NCBI GenBank assembly: GCA_028534125.1
Contig: CM052817.1
Coordinates: forward strand, 14,696,001-14,760,000
Length of the DNA stretch: 64,000 nt
Direction: 5' to 3'
Source: Lama glama
Taxonomy: Eukaryota
Made by a program: the position numbers and the translations under genes
In this document: positions 1 to 13,207 of the stretch, in pieces
Numbering within the stretch: the stretch's first letter is position 1
Layout of the letters: the number at the start of each line of letters is the position of its first letter
Notes under the pieces: generated by a model
Told to the model about the DNA's origin: nothing
Databases searched by the model: none
The model's input: the letters and a program-made list of their open reading frames with translations, nothing else

Positions 1-849
1 TACCAAGGGACTAAAAGTTTCCAGAACTGATGAAGAAAGTGATGGATTCCTATAACTCCCAGCCCAAGATCAAGCAGAGTAAGAATTATTTACATGAGAC
101 TAAATGAACTGATAAGGATGATTAGAATTTTTACAATAGAACTTCTTGTTCGAAAAAAAAGAAATCTAATAGAGTGTGTCTTCACTTTTTGCTAAGCTAG
201 AATTACTGGGACCAGACCTGTCCACCATCATAAAGAACTAGAAAAACAGACAAAATATGTGAAACAACTGTTTCTGGACTTTCGAGAAATGCAGCAAAGA
301 ACTAGGACCCCCCAAGAGAGAAACAATCAAAGTGAGCACCATAGTCACCCCAGCTTTCTGTCTGGAAGTACAGACGTGCTGGAAGGAAGCACAAGTAGAG
401 CATGGGATTGCCATTGAGTTCATGAAGGGAAGACTGGAATTCAGGGAAGCTGAAGTGGTTGGAATTTGTGGGAAAGAACCAGAGATGAGGGCACCATACA
501 AAGAGCGAGCTACAGGAATCTGCACAGGAATCTGCTCCAGACTCTTAACTGAACACTAAGCTGTGCACACATAGGGTGAATTTCACAGAATCAGGAAAGA
601 ACAACTGAGAAACTATCAGAGCTCATGTTGGACTGAGAGATATCTGAGTTTAATGGCCAGTGTGGACATGCCGCTTTGCCCCTTGAGAGCAGTGCCCACT
701 GTGAATAGAGATCTGAGAATATCACTGCTAAGGGGTAGGGGTTAACTAGTCTTACAGCGACGGCTACCCAGCACAAGCCTTTACAAACAAGCCTCCAAAG
801 AATCGAACAAACCCACAAGTAATTTAACTAACTTCCAGGGGAAAAAATA

Positions 850-2365
850 TGCTCCTTAAGACAAAAGAAACAAATACTCAAAGCAAAGAATCGCAATGAG
901 CAGGCTTCAGTTAAAACTAGTAGACCAAGAAGCTGAAAAATGTGGTCCAATAACTAGGAAAAAAAATCAGTCAGTAGAAAAAAATCACTAGAAATTACTT
1001 AAATGATGGAATTACAGAGACTTAACAGAGGTATTATAAATATCAATATTTTTATAAAAACATGCACATAATGAGAAATTACAAAGAAGGACTAAATAAA
1101 ATCATGGAGATATAATATTCAATACCTGAAATGAATAACTCACTGGATGAACTTAAGAGAGATTAGAAATCTTAGAAGAGAAGATCAGTGAACTTGAAAA
1201 TACAGCAATAGAAATTATCCAAACTGAAAAACAGTGAAAAAAAACAAAAACAAAACAAAAATAACAGACAAAAAATGAACAAAACTTCAATGATTTGGAG
1301 GCAACTGTGGGCTAAATTATGTGTAATACAAAAAAATTTCAAAGGAATAGGCTGTGGATTTTATAAATTTTGTGAAAATAAACACACAGATCCAAGAAAT
1401 ACATACACATTGAAAACCACACCAAACACATAATGACATTTCTGAAAATCAATGATTATAGAGGAAAATCTTAAAAGTAATAAGAAAGAAAAATATTTTA
1501 CAATAAACTAATTCATCAAAGGACATAACAATCTTAAGTTTGTATGTACCTAATTACAGAATTTCAAATACATGAAAAGCAAAATGACAGAAAAGGAAAG
1601 AAGTAGACAAATCCAAAACTATGGCTAGAGACTTCAACATCCCTCTCTCAGTAAGTGACAGAATAATTAAAGAGAAACCAGTAATACAGACATCTCAAAC
1701 ACCACCATCAATCTAACCTAAATTACATTTATAGAATGCTCTATCCAGCAACACTAAAATGCACATTCTTTACAGATGCTCGTAAAACATTCAACAAGAT
1801 AGATCACATGCTGAGTATAAATTAATTTTTAAAGGACTAAAGACATACAACGTGTGTTCTTTGATGAGAAAGGAATTAAATGGAATCAATAAAAGTAAAG
1901 ATAACTGGAAAAATCTCCCAACGTCAAAGAATAAATGACGAGGAAAGTTTAAAATTATTTTTAAATGACTAAAAATGAAAAAAAAAATGGAAGGAACAAG
2001 CTAAAGCAGAATTTAGAAGAAAATGTATAGCTCTAAAAGCTTACACTGGGAAAGAAGAAAAATCTAGTATCAATGGACAAAATTTCCATCTTAAGAACAG
2101 AGGGGAATAGCCTCAACTTGATGAAGGCATCTATAGAAGTTCTATACTTAACCCAGATTTAATGGTGAAAGACTGAACACTTTTTCCTTAATATTGGAAA
2201 TGAGGCAAGAAAAAGAAAACATATGCAAATTAGGATGAAAACTGTCTTTATGTACAGGCAACATAATCAGGTAGATAGAAAATTCTAAAGAATCTCAAAA
2301 AAGTTACTATAAAAGTAAATTTAGCAAGTTTGCAGGAACATAGTTTTTCTATATACTACCAATAA
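850..2365 (+). mobile_element. Old fragmented LINE-1 (L1M; ORF1 and ORF2 remnants)
   Basis: A-rich sequence with L1 hallmark phrases (aagatcagtgaacttgaa...atagaaattatccaaactgaa; ataacaatcttaagtttgtatgtacctaa; gacttcaacatccctctctcagtaa; aatggtgaaagactgaacact); no intact ORF. Confidence 0.8.
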
Positions 2366-2523
2366 ACAGTTAGGAAGTGTTCCTTCTTTCCTTTCTTGTT
2401 AACCCTGTCTTGCTTTGTTCCACTGCCAGTTCTCAACTGTTAATTTGTTAACCAGCCTTAACATGTACTATATGTGGAACAAAACCCTCAGTTAACCATA
2501 GCTCAGGAAACGCCTGACATTAT

Positions 2524-2985
2524 GATGGTAGGTTACAAAAATGGCCACAAACTCTTCCCAACTTGTATGTACGCTCCTTTGAAATACAGACATTGTAGCT
2601 CTTCCCATCAATAGAATCTATTCTCCACCCCTTGAATTTGGGCTTGGCCATGTGACTGACTTTAGGGGATGGGACATTAGTAAATGTATCAGAAGGAAAG
2701 GCTTAGGAAGTGCTTCTGCATGAGAGTTTACTTTCTCTTCATGCTCTTTGGAACTCTGGGACCACTCTATGAAGAATCCAAAGTTAGTGCACTGACCATC
2801 CCAGCTGAGGCCCTCCTACACCAGCCAGCCACACATACAGCTGCCAGCTGACCACAGAGATAAGCCAACCTGTCTCAAACCAGAGGAATGCCCACTCAAC
2901 CCATAGAATTGTGAAAAATAGTGCTTTTTGTTAAGCCACTACATTCTGAGGTGGTTTGTTACACAGTAATAGCTACCTGATACAT
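2524..2985 (+). mobile_element. MaLR solo LTR (MLT1 family)
   Basis: aaaatggccacaaa...gaatttgggcttggccatgtgactgacttt...ttaagccactacattctgaggtggtttgttacacagtaatagctacctgataca. Confidence 0.8.
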
Positions 2986-3301
2986 GTTACTTCTGTTTTC
3001 ATTTCATTAGTAAAAACAAATCACACACTCACAACTCACTTCAACTACCAGCACATGCAGCAGGTTTGGAAAGAGAGATCCTAATGGATGGTAATTATAC
3101 CTCAATGGTCAGTTTGTAAAAATCACATTTATTCTTTAGAGATGTATGTGGATATGTTTAGAAGTAAAAATCATATGTCTAAGTTTGACATGAAATAGTC
3201 GTCATAGATTGGGCAGAAGGGAGGAGAGTGAAGAAAAAGGGGAAAACAGATAAAGGAAGTGACATATTGAAGGTACCTGAGTACAGGAGAGGGACAGAGG
3301 G

Positions 3302-3692
3302 TGTATTCACCTGCTTGGGCTGTTGTAGTAACACACCACGGACTGGGGGGCTTCATGTGTCTTCTCACAGTTCTGGAGGCTGGAAGTCTGAGACCAGGGT
3401 GCCAGCATAGTTGATTTCTGGTGACAGCTATCTTCTGGGCCTGCAGGTGTCCAACTTCTGTGTCCTCCCACGACCTTCCTCAGTATGTGCATGTGTATGT
3501 GGTGGTGGTGAGGGGAGAGATTGCTTTCTCTTCCCATAAGTCTACTGATCCTAAGGGGTAAGACTTCATCCTTATTAAGGCCTCAGTTAGCCTTAATTAC
3601 CTCCCCTATTTTTAAATGCAGTCACATTGGGGGTTAGGGCTTCAACATATGAATTTGGCAGGGATGGAGGAGACACAATTCAACCCACTGCA
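3302..3692 (-). mobile_element. MaLR solo LTR (MLT1A-like)
   Basis: tctcacagttctggaggctggaagtctgagaccagggtgccagca...cacattgggggttagggcttcaacatatgaattt. Confidence 0.85.
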
Positions 3693-4440
3693 GAGGGGAA
3701 TTCATACTCTTATTTCTAATTTTTTACATGTTTGGAAGCTTCCATAAAATTTAAAAGATTTAACAGTATTTTGTTCCCTATTGTCTGCTTAGACTTTATT
3801 TAGAGAGACACAAATACTCCCTGAAAGAAGATTCTGGAAGGTTCCACAGTCCCTTTGTACCATTGAAAATTCTTGACAAAGTGGTTAGAAAGTCCAGCGC
3901 AAGATAATCAAGCTGTGAATTTGCTTTGACGTCCAGTCTTCTGCTCTCTTCCAGGTGGTTCTAACGACAGTGGTTCCAAGCTGGCAACAGGAAAGGGAGG
4001 AGACTGGCTTCTCCATGTCTGCCCCTTATCTCCCCCATCTACCTGCTGGGGGCTGCTTTAGCTTCTATCAGAAGTGACATGCTGGGGGAAGGGCCAAGAC
4101 TATATTTACTTGATTGGAACTGTTGTAAGCTGGCCTTGAGCTCTCTGGGTCTTACTCTGCTGCAGCTTTGTTGACAGACAGATGCACATGGTCACCTGTA
4201 ATTCCTTCCTTGGTGACGGGAAGTCAGTGGCATACTGTAGACTCCTCCTGCTGGGACCTCCTTGCTCCTACAGAGGGCGCTACTGGGTAAGCCTAGTGAA
4301 AATCCCTTGCCAGTTCTCTCTCCTTTGAGGTGCATGTCTCCTCCGTGGGAAATGCTCACCCACCTTCTCCCCACATTCTGTGCCCGCTGTCCTCACAGCA
4401 GCAGCACTGTCTGAACTCTTGTCACCAAAGCATCAGCCGG

Positions 4441-4870
4441 TGTAGTAGTTTCCCATCACCACAGGAAAAACTTATCACACAGTTATGACTTCACAGTTCT
4501 GGATGTCAGATGTCCAATATCAATTTCACTGGGCTAATCCAGGTGCCGGTGGGGCTGCGTTACTCCTGAAGGCTCTCAAGAGAGAACTCGTTTCTTGCCT
4601 TTTCCAGCTGTGGAGGCTGCCTGCATTTCTTGGCTCATGCCACGCTGTTTCCATCATCACATCTCTTACCCTCCTGCCTTCCTTTCAAAAGGATCCTTTT
4701 GGTTACCCTGGGCTCACCTGGATTATCTGGGATAACTTCTCCACCTCAAGTTCCTCAGCTCAACCACATCTGCAAAGACCTGTTTGCCAAGTAAGGTGGT
4801 AACATGTTCACTGGTTCAGGGGATTAGGATGTAGACATCTTTGGGGGGCCACTGTTTTGCTGTCTTCTAC
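4441..4870 (-). mobile_element. MaLR solo LTR (MLT1C/D-like)
   Basis: tcacagttctggatgtcag...ttgccttttccagct...ggattatctgggataacttctcc...ggggattaggatgtagacatctttgggggg. Confidence 0.75.
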
Positions 4871-7800
4871 ATTTTTGGGGGTAGGGGTGAGCTGGACCCT
4901 AATTCATTATGCCTCAACTTCAAAGGACACATAAGTAACACTGTAACTGACTAAACTTCAATTGAAAAAAAACCACACATACATATAAACAGTCTTTCCA
5001 GGTTTCCTCATGGAAATCCCTCCCACTAGGCTGGAGGTAAAGAAGGGAGTCCACCCCACTCCTTACCAAGAAAGACAACAGGTCCTCCAAAGATCTCTTC
5101 TCCAGTCTCTTCACAAATGCCTATCTGACCTTTTCTTTGGTCCATAAGCCCGCCAGGTGGATAGACTTGTGGAACACGGTCGTTCACAGTTCTTTAGTAA
5201 ACCTGACATGTGATGCTTTTCCTCAGTTTGGTGTCCTCATGTTCACCAGATTGGCATCTTAGCTGAAACTGAGGCAGAGAATGCTCGAGTCTAACGTCCT
5301 GTACGGGACTACTGTCCTAAAGCAGAAACATGAAATTACAACTAGATCTTCATGAATTGTTAAATTCTGAAAGCATGTCTTATTCTGTGACAGAATGTAT
5401 TTGATGAGTCAAAAGGAACTTCAGTACCCAAAGGTGAATATCAAATGAGCAACATTCTATAGAATGCAAAAATATTTTTAGAAGAGTGTTTTTGCTTCTG
5501 AATAGCTTTTCAGTCAGTTATACTGTTCCTTCTTGAATTAAGAACTATCACTCAACCAATCTTCTGTTCATATGAAAATAAGAATAACTTTAGCTGGAGA
5601 GCAAATCTCACCTGCAAAATATTAAATGTGATATGTGAGGCTGGCGTACTGTTTTGCCTGAAGAAATTTATTTTTTCATTTTTAAACCTCTTTCTATTAG
5701 CGTCATGGCTAAACTCATCTATAAAATCCACAAAATAATGGTGCCAATATTATGTTCACATTATTATGCATTTTTACTCAAATGATGAAAATGAATTAAC
5801 ATTTATCCAAAAATGGAATTGCAGCTTTTGCTTGTCAGATCTAGAGTATTTCTTTCATCAAACATCCCATCAAAAGAGATGTCTCATCTTTGGGAACATA
5901 CCAAAAAATGAGATGGAGGATCTATTGCTATATCAGCTTGAACTCTTTTGGGGTGTCTGTCAACAGAAATCAACTATAGCTTCAAAAAGGAAAAAAAAAA
6001 GCTGGTGGGAAGGAACTCGGTGAGAGAGGATTCAGTGACAGAACGTACATCACAGAACTCACAGGTAGGGAACACAGCTAGACTCTAAGATAATTCTAAA
6101 CCCAGGCACTCTAAAGCATCTGGGCCTCTCTTTTTGGTCTCCACCCTCTGGTCTTACGCATCATTCTTTCCGGCTGCAGGATTACGTGGCAGAATACACG
6201 ACAGCCAAAGGATCCTCAGTCTTCTAATTATTAATCAAGTGGCTGGAAAAGACGTCTTAATTCAAATTCCCAGGGAAGAGACGGCCTGCTCTGGCTTGGG
6301 CCATGCACTTGTTCCTGGAATAATTAACTATGGCCTGATCACGCTGCACCAAGATGGTATCAACGTAAGGTGAGATGAGGGGTGCAAGAAAGACAACAAC
6401 AGCAGGTCATTCCAATAGCATTTGGATAGAATGATGCAAAATACCTAAGAGACGGTTCACATCTGTGCACATAAATCCTGTAGGTCGTGGGAAGTGTGTA
6501 CTTTCCACACTGTTATGCCTGCTTCCTGCTTCTGCACCTGCAGAAGTGGCACCTAGCAGGGCCGGGTTTTATGCTACCACCTCTGGCTGGCAATAACCAT
6601 AGAAGGATGAAGGCAATAAAGATGTCAACACTAAACCCACATGGTTATAAACTTGCAGAGGCAACAAGCCAGAATTCAAGCCATGGCTGACATACTCCCT
6701 TGTTCTCTCTCCCTGCATGTGGGTGGGATTTATTTTTCTGTGGGTGTAGCACACTGAAGGGCTCAGCTTTACGTGGGTCATCTTGGCTGCAAACCCCTGT
6801 CCTCTAGGCACCAGGCTTTGCGTCCTGTCCCTATATGGATGGCAAGAGCCAGTCCTTTAGTCAACAAAACCAGCCAGACCTGCCAGGCCTGTCATGGCAT
6901 CAGGCTGCCAATTTAACCCTGAAGGCAGTAAAATGTATGGAAACCTCATATAAACACGACTTATCAAACTGTTTGCATTCAATGTTAGGGACGCTTAAGG
7001 TGTAGTGAAAAACCCATGTATCTGACTCAAACTAGTCTTTCAAAGTTTCCTTTCATTGTTGATTATAAAATTCTGAAGTTACAGGATTTTCTTCAATTTT
7101 TCCTAAGGCTAAACTGTGTCGGGGAGTATCCTATGTGAGATGATCTAAATGTCTTCGGAAACATGGTTAGAATTGCTCTACAGCAAGATCCTCTTAGTGT
7201 CCTGTCTACTCAGGGACACTCATGGAATGTATCCTCGGAAGGAGCACGTTCAGACATCTTTACGCCCATGGAATTCACTCCCACAAAGTCCTAGTGGCAT
7301 GGAAGGAAAACCACCAAAACAGGAGTCATGAAATTTAAGCAGGTAAGGGGATCCTTGGTGGGAGGGTTAAAAACAGAAGCAATGAATAAACTTCAAACAG
7401 TATAGTAAGCAGTTTCTCGCTACACTCTAGGATGGACAGAAATAGCATATGATTTCCTTCAAAATAAATAAAAAAAGTTTATATATATACCTTACAAGGT
7501 TTAGATGGATAATCTTACGGTCTTCATTGTTTCCAAACAACGTGCACAGAGAAACGTACAGCTCTCGATGTGTATTACATAAAAGGAAAAGGTTAACCCC
7601 ATTTTAAAAGGCTACAGAAGGGACAGCAATGTAAACCTCCCAAAACATGGGAAGGAGTAAAGAATGAAGAGCAAAAGACAACAGCAGTAGACAGCAAGCA
7701 CACAATGAAGAAAAGGGACGATGCCAACGCTGATTTTCTGAAAAGGTTAATACAAGTGACAAACCTCTGGGAATGCTGAATTTTTTTAAATAGAGAAAAC

Positions 7801-8138
7801 ACAAAACAGCATTATCAGGAATTCTGCCAGACCAAAACGTTCTGGAGATTGACTGCACAACTGTGTATGTATTTAACCTTTAGGAAATGAGCCTTCCACT
7901 CTAATCATTTTTAAATAGGAATATTAAGGATGTAGTTCAGCAGAATGGGCACTGAATTTCCATATATTCATTGAACTCTCTTCAAAAGCGACAATCACAT
8001 AATTTGCAAACGGATATAAAACCTAGCATTTTTGTTGGGAGCCCACAATGGATCAGTACTTAAAAGTAAGAGTTTTTAAAAATGTAATGAAGATGAGGTG
8101 GGAATTAAGCTCACTATTGTATATACCAGGAACTTATC

Positions 8139-8520
8139 TGTGCGGTAGTCTGGCTAATTGTTCACCAAACCATCTACCTTTCCTCCCTGGACACATACCT
8201 AGACTACATTTCCTAGATTCCTTGCAGTTAGGTGTGGCCAAAACTGTGTTTCGGCCAGTGGATTGTGGGTAGAAATAATTTACACCATCTCTGGGCCTGA
8301 TCCATACAACGCTCCCATGAGCTTACCCTCCATCCCCCGAGGAAGTACCTAGAGAAGGGCGGAGTCACGGAACAGAAGGAAGCTGGGTGAGAACCCCTGG
8401 GGGGAGCTGCCACGCCAGGAATACACCCACCAGACCATCCCTTCAGCAAGAATCCTGTACTGTGTTGAGCCTCTAAAAGGTTGCATTTTTATAAAAGTTA
8501 AGTTTACCCAGACTCAACAT
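8139..8520 (+). mobile_element. Degraded MLT1 LTR
   Basis: ctacatttcctagattccttgcagttaggtgtggcca...tactgtgttgagcctct. Confidence 0.6.
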
Positions 8521-9931
8521 GAAAGTTTAAAAACAAAAACAAACAAAAAACTAAGCAGTAAAAATTGTTAATCATGGTTAACTACCGAATTGACATTTTT
8601 GCTCAGTTTCATAAAGGAACAGACTCTGATAACAAAAACGCCTGTTTAGTACTGGAGCTCATTACTTTCTCGTGCAGTACACACTTTCACGAGACACACT
8701 CTTCAGCCTGAGTTGGTACGCATGATGACACCTGGCCTGGCAGGCAAGCATAGCTTGCATATGTGCTTGCTCATTCGAATGCTCTAAATTTGTCTGTACA
8801 AGCAAAACTTCATCAATATTATATGCCAAGACAGAATGAACACAATGATTGCAAAACTGAAAATGTGATTAGCTGGACTCTTTATATTGTTGGAATAACT
8901 CAGTTAAGGAATGTATCTGCAGGGCCCTCTGAAAATATTTTGAACTTTCTGAATAGACTTGGGATGCTCTGATCAGAGTCTTCATCAGTATCTTCTCCAA
9001 CTAGGTGGCGGTAGCAGACAATGGAATTCAACACACTCTTTTTCTACACACTCTGTTTTATAAATATGACACGGTTAGAAGGACGATACGTGTTTCAAAC
9101 AGAATAAAGCATAAGTCTGTGGGAAAAAAAAGTTTAACAAGATTCTGGCTAGGAGTTAATTCTAAGCATTCCAACTCTACAAGAGCAAAGGTAGCGGTCC
9201 ATTGCAGACTACATAAATGAGGGTTTCTTAAATAATACGGTCCTCTCCTTCAGTATCCACCTGAGTCACTGATATCCCTGGTTAAAAGGTGCTGAGAAAA
9301 AGCTATCACCAAAGGCTGCCTGAGACTTCATCACACACAGAGCTGGGTACACCAAGGAAGACAGAAAGGACTCCTAAATCTACAATGATTACTCCACATG
9401 TATTTCTCAGTTGACGCCTCCAGTGTTCCAATATTACCACTGGCTAGGAGCTGCTTATGGCCAATGTAAGACATGGTTCTACACGGGAGACCCACAGGTA
9501 GGTGGGGAAGAAGATTTAAGACAATACCAAAACTAAAAAAAATAGAACCTTCTTACTGCCTGCAATCTCATCTTGGTCTAAAACCAAGCAACATTACAGT
9601 CAGATTTTTATTATTGACAGATTTATAAACAGTTACAAATTTCTCTTGAAGGGTTTGCTTTACTTATACAAATAAATCTACTGGTTTTATTATCACTTAT
9701 ATTTCAGTGGGGAGAAAAAAAGTGAGTTGATTCATATGACAGTATTAATATAAATTTAGGGACAATACGGCAAAATTAGCAGAAGTGATGAAATGACTTA
9801 AGTCCAGGAAACATCATAATACTTATAAATAATCAAGTTATCTCTCAAGCTAAGAGCATTGAAGTGAATATTAAAATAATTAAATGATTTGGGGAATCTG
9901 GAAAGAAAAACAGAATTAACATTTGTTTTAA

Positions 9932-10092
9932 GGGGGGAGGGTACAGCTCAAGTGGTAGAGCACATGCTTAGCATGCACAAGGTCCTGGGTTCAATTTCCA
10001 GTACCCTCTCTGAAAATAAATAATTGAGTAAACCTAATTACCCCCCCAAAATAAATAAATAGACGTTAAAAATAAATAAATAATAAAATTAA
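9932..10092 (+). mobile_element. tRNA-derived SINE (camelid Vic-1-like)
   Basis: ggggagggtacagctcaagtggtagagcacatgcttagcatgcacaaggtcctgggttcaat (A and B boxes), then aaacctaattaccccc and an (AAAT)n tail. Confidence 0.85.
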
Positions 10093-12233
10093 AGAAAACA
10101 TGTTTTAGATTTCAGATTGCTGTTGTATGCATCACTTTCCTTGATAATTTAATTTAATTCCTGCATTAAATGCATTCAATTAATTTTTTTTTACTTCCTC
10201 ATCTTTTATGCCCTCAATCAACTTCAGTCTGGGTATCTGAACTCAATGCCTGAAACATGCAAATCTAAATGCTTAAACACCTATGTCTCAATAATGAACA
10301 CAATCTAAACGTTAGCATCTACACAGAAATTGCCGTCTGTTTATAAGATTATATTTATTCCTATAAATAGACTGAACATGGATGTAGAATATAAGTTACA
10401 TGTGCAAAAAAGCCTGGGATTTAGAAATTAGCTGCCACCTACTAATGACCTGAAATAGTAACAAATGTTTACACATGTATATAAATCTAGTCAGAAAAAT
10501 ACTCATAAACCTAATTTCTATTTGTTACCTAAAAAATAGGTTAGCCTGTAACACTAGCACAAAACATCAAATTATATATATATATAAAATGTGTACAGTA
10601 CACACATTACATATAATATATAACAGCTTGATTTTAAACAACTTTCATGGAATAAAATAAATCATGTGTGTTTCCTTAAGTAGAATATAACCAATTATAC
10701 CTCATTATGAAATTAAAATTCAGATAACTGGGATGAGAATAAAGTTCGGTAAAATTAGAGGTAACAGTCACTGAAGAGCACAGGTGCTTACCTTTGGAGA
10801 AGCAACGCATGTACAAAGCACACTGGCCGTGGCGCCAGGTAACATGGTCCTGGTCCCAGATGTGCCATCACTTGCTGGTGTGTTCAGGTTCGGCAAGTCA
10901 GAGACTCTTTGAGCCTCAGTTGCCATAATTTTTAAATGAGGAAAATGAATGAGCTGATCTTTAAGAAAACTGAAACATATGCTAAGAATTTATGATTCTA
11001 TGAGAAATAGAGAAACCTCAACTAGCAACAAGTCACACATTATAAAAGACAGATATGGGGAAGATGCAATGTTTTATTCACTTCCTAGACACAACATCAA
11101 GTTTCAATTCGATCAAATGCTAAGACTATAATTCATCACCTATGCTTTATGTTTCAAAACACTGAGAATATTTTCAGTGGATCTTCATTTTATTCCAAAT
11201 ATTTGATTTTATTCCACTCCCCCATTCTCCCAGCCCCAGGTTTCTCTTCTTTCTGTTACCTGTAAGGAGCTATATTTAAATTAATAAATGCTTACTGAAT
11301 GGTGAACATTTTCAGGAATGGAAATCCCTCACTTCTTGTGGAGCTAGGAAAAAGTAGAAGAACAAAGTTCTTTTCCTACGTAGAGTTGACCTATGGGTCA
11401 AAGAAAACATATTAAATATGGGAATGATGTATTGCACAAACACAGAGCAAAATTTAACAGCAATTTAAAAATAAGAGTTACTTACTTCGTATCTTACTAG
11501 CTTATATCTTGGTCATTTCTAAACATCCTTCTCCACAAACACTGACTAGGAGACCCTGGGCCAGGTGGTACTTAAATGCACACATGGCAAACCTATCTAC
11601 TTACTTGCCTTGTTTCCCCAACTGTGCAGAATGCCTTTAAAACCAACACCTAACAGAAGGCTTAAATGGAACTACCAGTTTTATTACTGCAAAGTGAAAT
11701 AATTTATTTCTAAAGCACTAACCCAGTGAAAAGTGGACACTTACACCATCCTAGGTGATCAGCTGGTGTCGTCTGAGAAGTACTCGATGTTAAGGGGTGA
11801 ATCTCAGGTTTTGAGGTTTATCAAGCTTGACTCCATCATCTCTTGAATCTGATCTGACTCAGACCTTGAGACGGCTGCCTGAAACAGATCTAAACTAAGC
11901 TGTACCCATCCTTTCCAGCATTGTCTTGTGTATCAGAAGAAACTGAATGCACAAAGCAGTCAGGGCAGACCCAATCTAACTGTCCCAGAAAAGACCCAGT
12001 GAGACTGGAGACAGGAGACAGGTGAGGACTGCACAGTGCGTCGATGACCAGTGATTACTTTTGGATCTGACCTGCTTTTGCCCTTAGAATAGAATTTTAA
12101 AATTAGTACTTTAGCACGAATCCTGAGCAATTTTATCTGTTTAAGAACAAAGCAACAGCCAACAATAGTAAAGAATCCCCCCCAAAATAAGGGAATGTGA
12201 ACCTTATATGAACTCTTCATTTACATTCATATA

Positions 12234-12468
12234 TGTGAAGGGGATTAAGAGGTACAGACTTCCAGTTATAAAGTAAGTCATGGGGATGTAATGTGCAGCA
12301 TAGGGAACAGAATTAGTAATATTTTAAGACCCGTGTATGAAGACAGATGGCAACTAGACTTACCGTGGTGATCAATTCATAATGTATAAAAATATCAAAT
12401 CACTATGTGGCACACCTGAAACTAACAAAGTACTGTAAGTCAATTACACTTCCGTTTAAAAAGAAATA
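12234..12468 (+). mobile_element. LINE-1 3' end (L1MA9-like)
   Basis: gaggtacagacttccagttataaa...gtcatggggatgtaatgtgcagcatagggaa...aatcactatgtggcacacctgaaactaa. Confidence 0.8.
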
Positions 12469-12854
12469 ACATATGGGCTGGGAAAAAAAAAAAAAAAGAA
12501 TGAGTAAGAAAACTAAACCCAAATATAAACCACTGAAAAGCCACTCTAAAATAGTATTAGTAAGACAAAAGTGGTACGGCAAAAGCAGTGCAATTTAGGA
12601 AAAGCTTTTTAGGCATTTCCATTTTCAAAAAAAGAGTTCTGTGAGATCGTCTTAAAAATGCATAGCACTTAAAACCATACTTATAAAATACATCAATCCA
12701 TAAGCCCTTTGGTGTATATGCCATAATCAGTGGAGCTTATCATGTAAAAAACTGGTAACTGATTTACGTATAATTCTCATTAAGCTGTCCCAATGCACAA
12801 ACTTCATTAAAACAGAATCAAATGCTTCTATTGTAAAGTATAAAAATGTAACAT

Positions 12855-13207
12855 TGACATAATGACAAACATCTGTTTATTGTATTAAATACAAGCCTGA
12901 AATGTTAAGCAGACGTTACAGATTCTGAGAAAATTACATTTCGGATTCCAAAAATGTCCTGCTGGTGCTTTGACCACTTAAAACAATGCTTTAGAGGTTT
13001 CTGGTTTTTTTTTTCTTTTTTCTTTTTTTCAAATTCATAAAAAAGCAACACTTAGGGGATATACAATACACAAAATCCCAAACTTAGAAGTTTATTCAAA
13101 ATTCTTTTGAATCCCTAAGGCGGCTGTAAACTGTTTTCACACGTTCATAGCTGAAAGGAATGTGACTATCAGTTTGCACGGACTTCTGCCTTGCAAGCCC
13201 ACCAGCG
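12855..13207 (-). other. ADGRA3: ADGRA3 3' UTR (end approximate)
   Basis: U-rich sequence after the stop codon, with minus-strand AATAAA hexamers at 13091-13096 and 12876-12881. Confidence 0.7.
12876..12881 (-). terminator. Probable main polyadenylation signal AATAAA
   Basis: Minus-strand context ttgtatttaatacAATAAAcagatgtttgtcattatgtcaatgttacattttt has an upstream UGUA and a downstream GU/U-rich tract. Confidence 0.65.

Noticed and set aside
9932..10005. Possible tRNA gene (A and B boxes present)
   Set aside because: It continues into a SINE body and AT-rich tail, has a second dispersed copy, and its stems are degenerate, so it is a SINE head.
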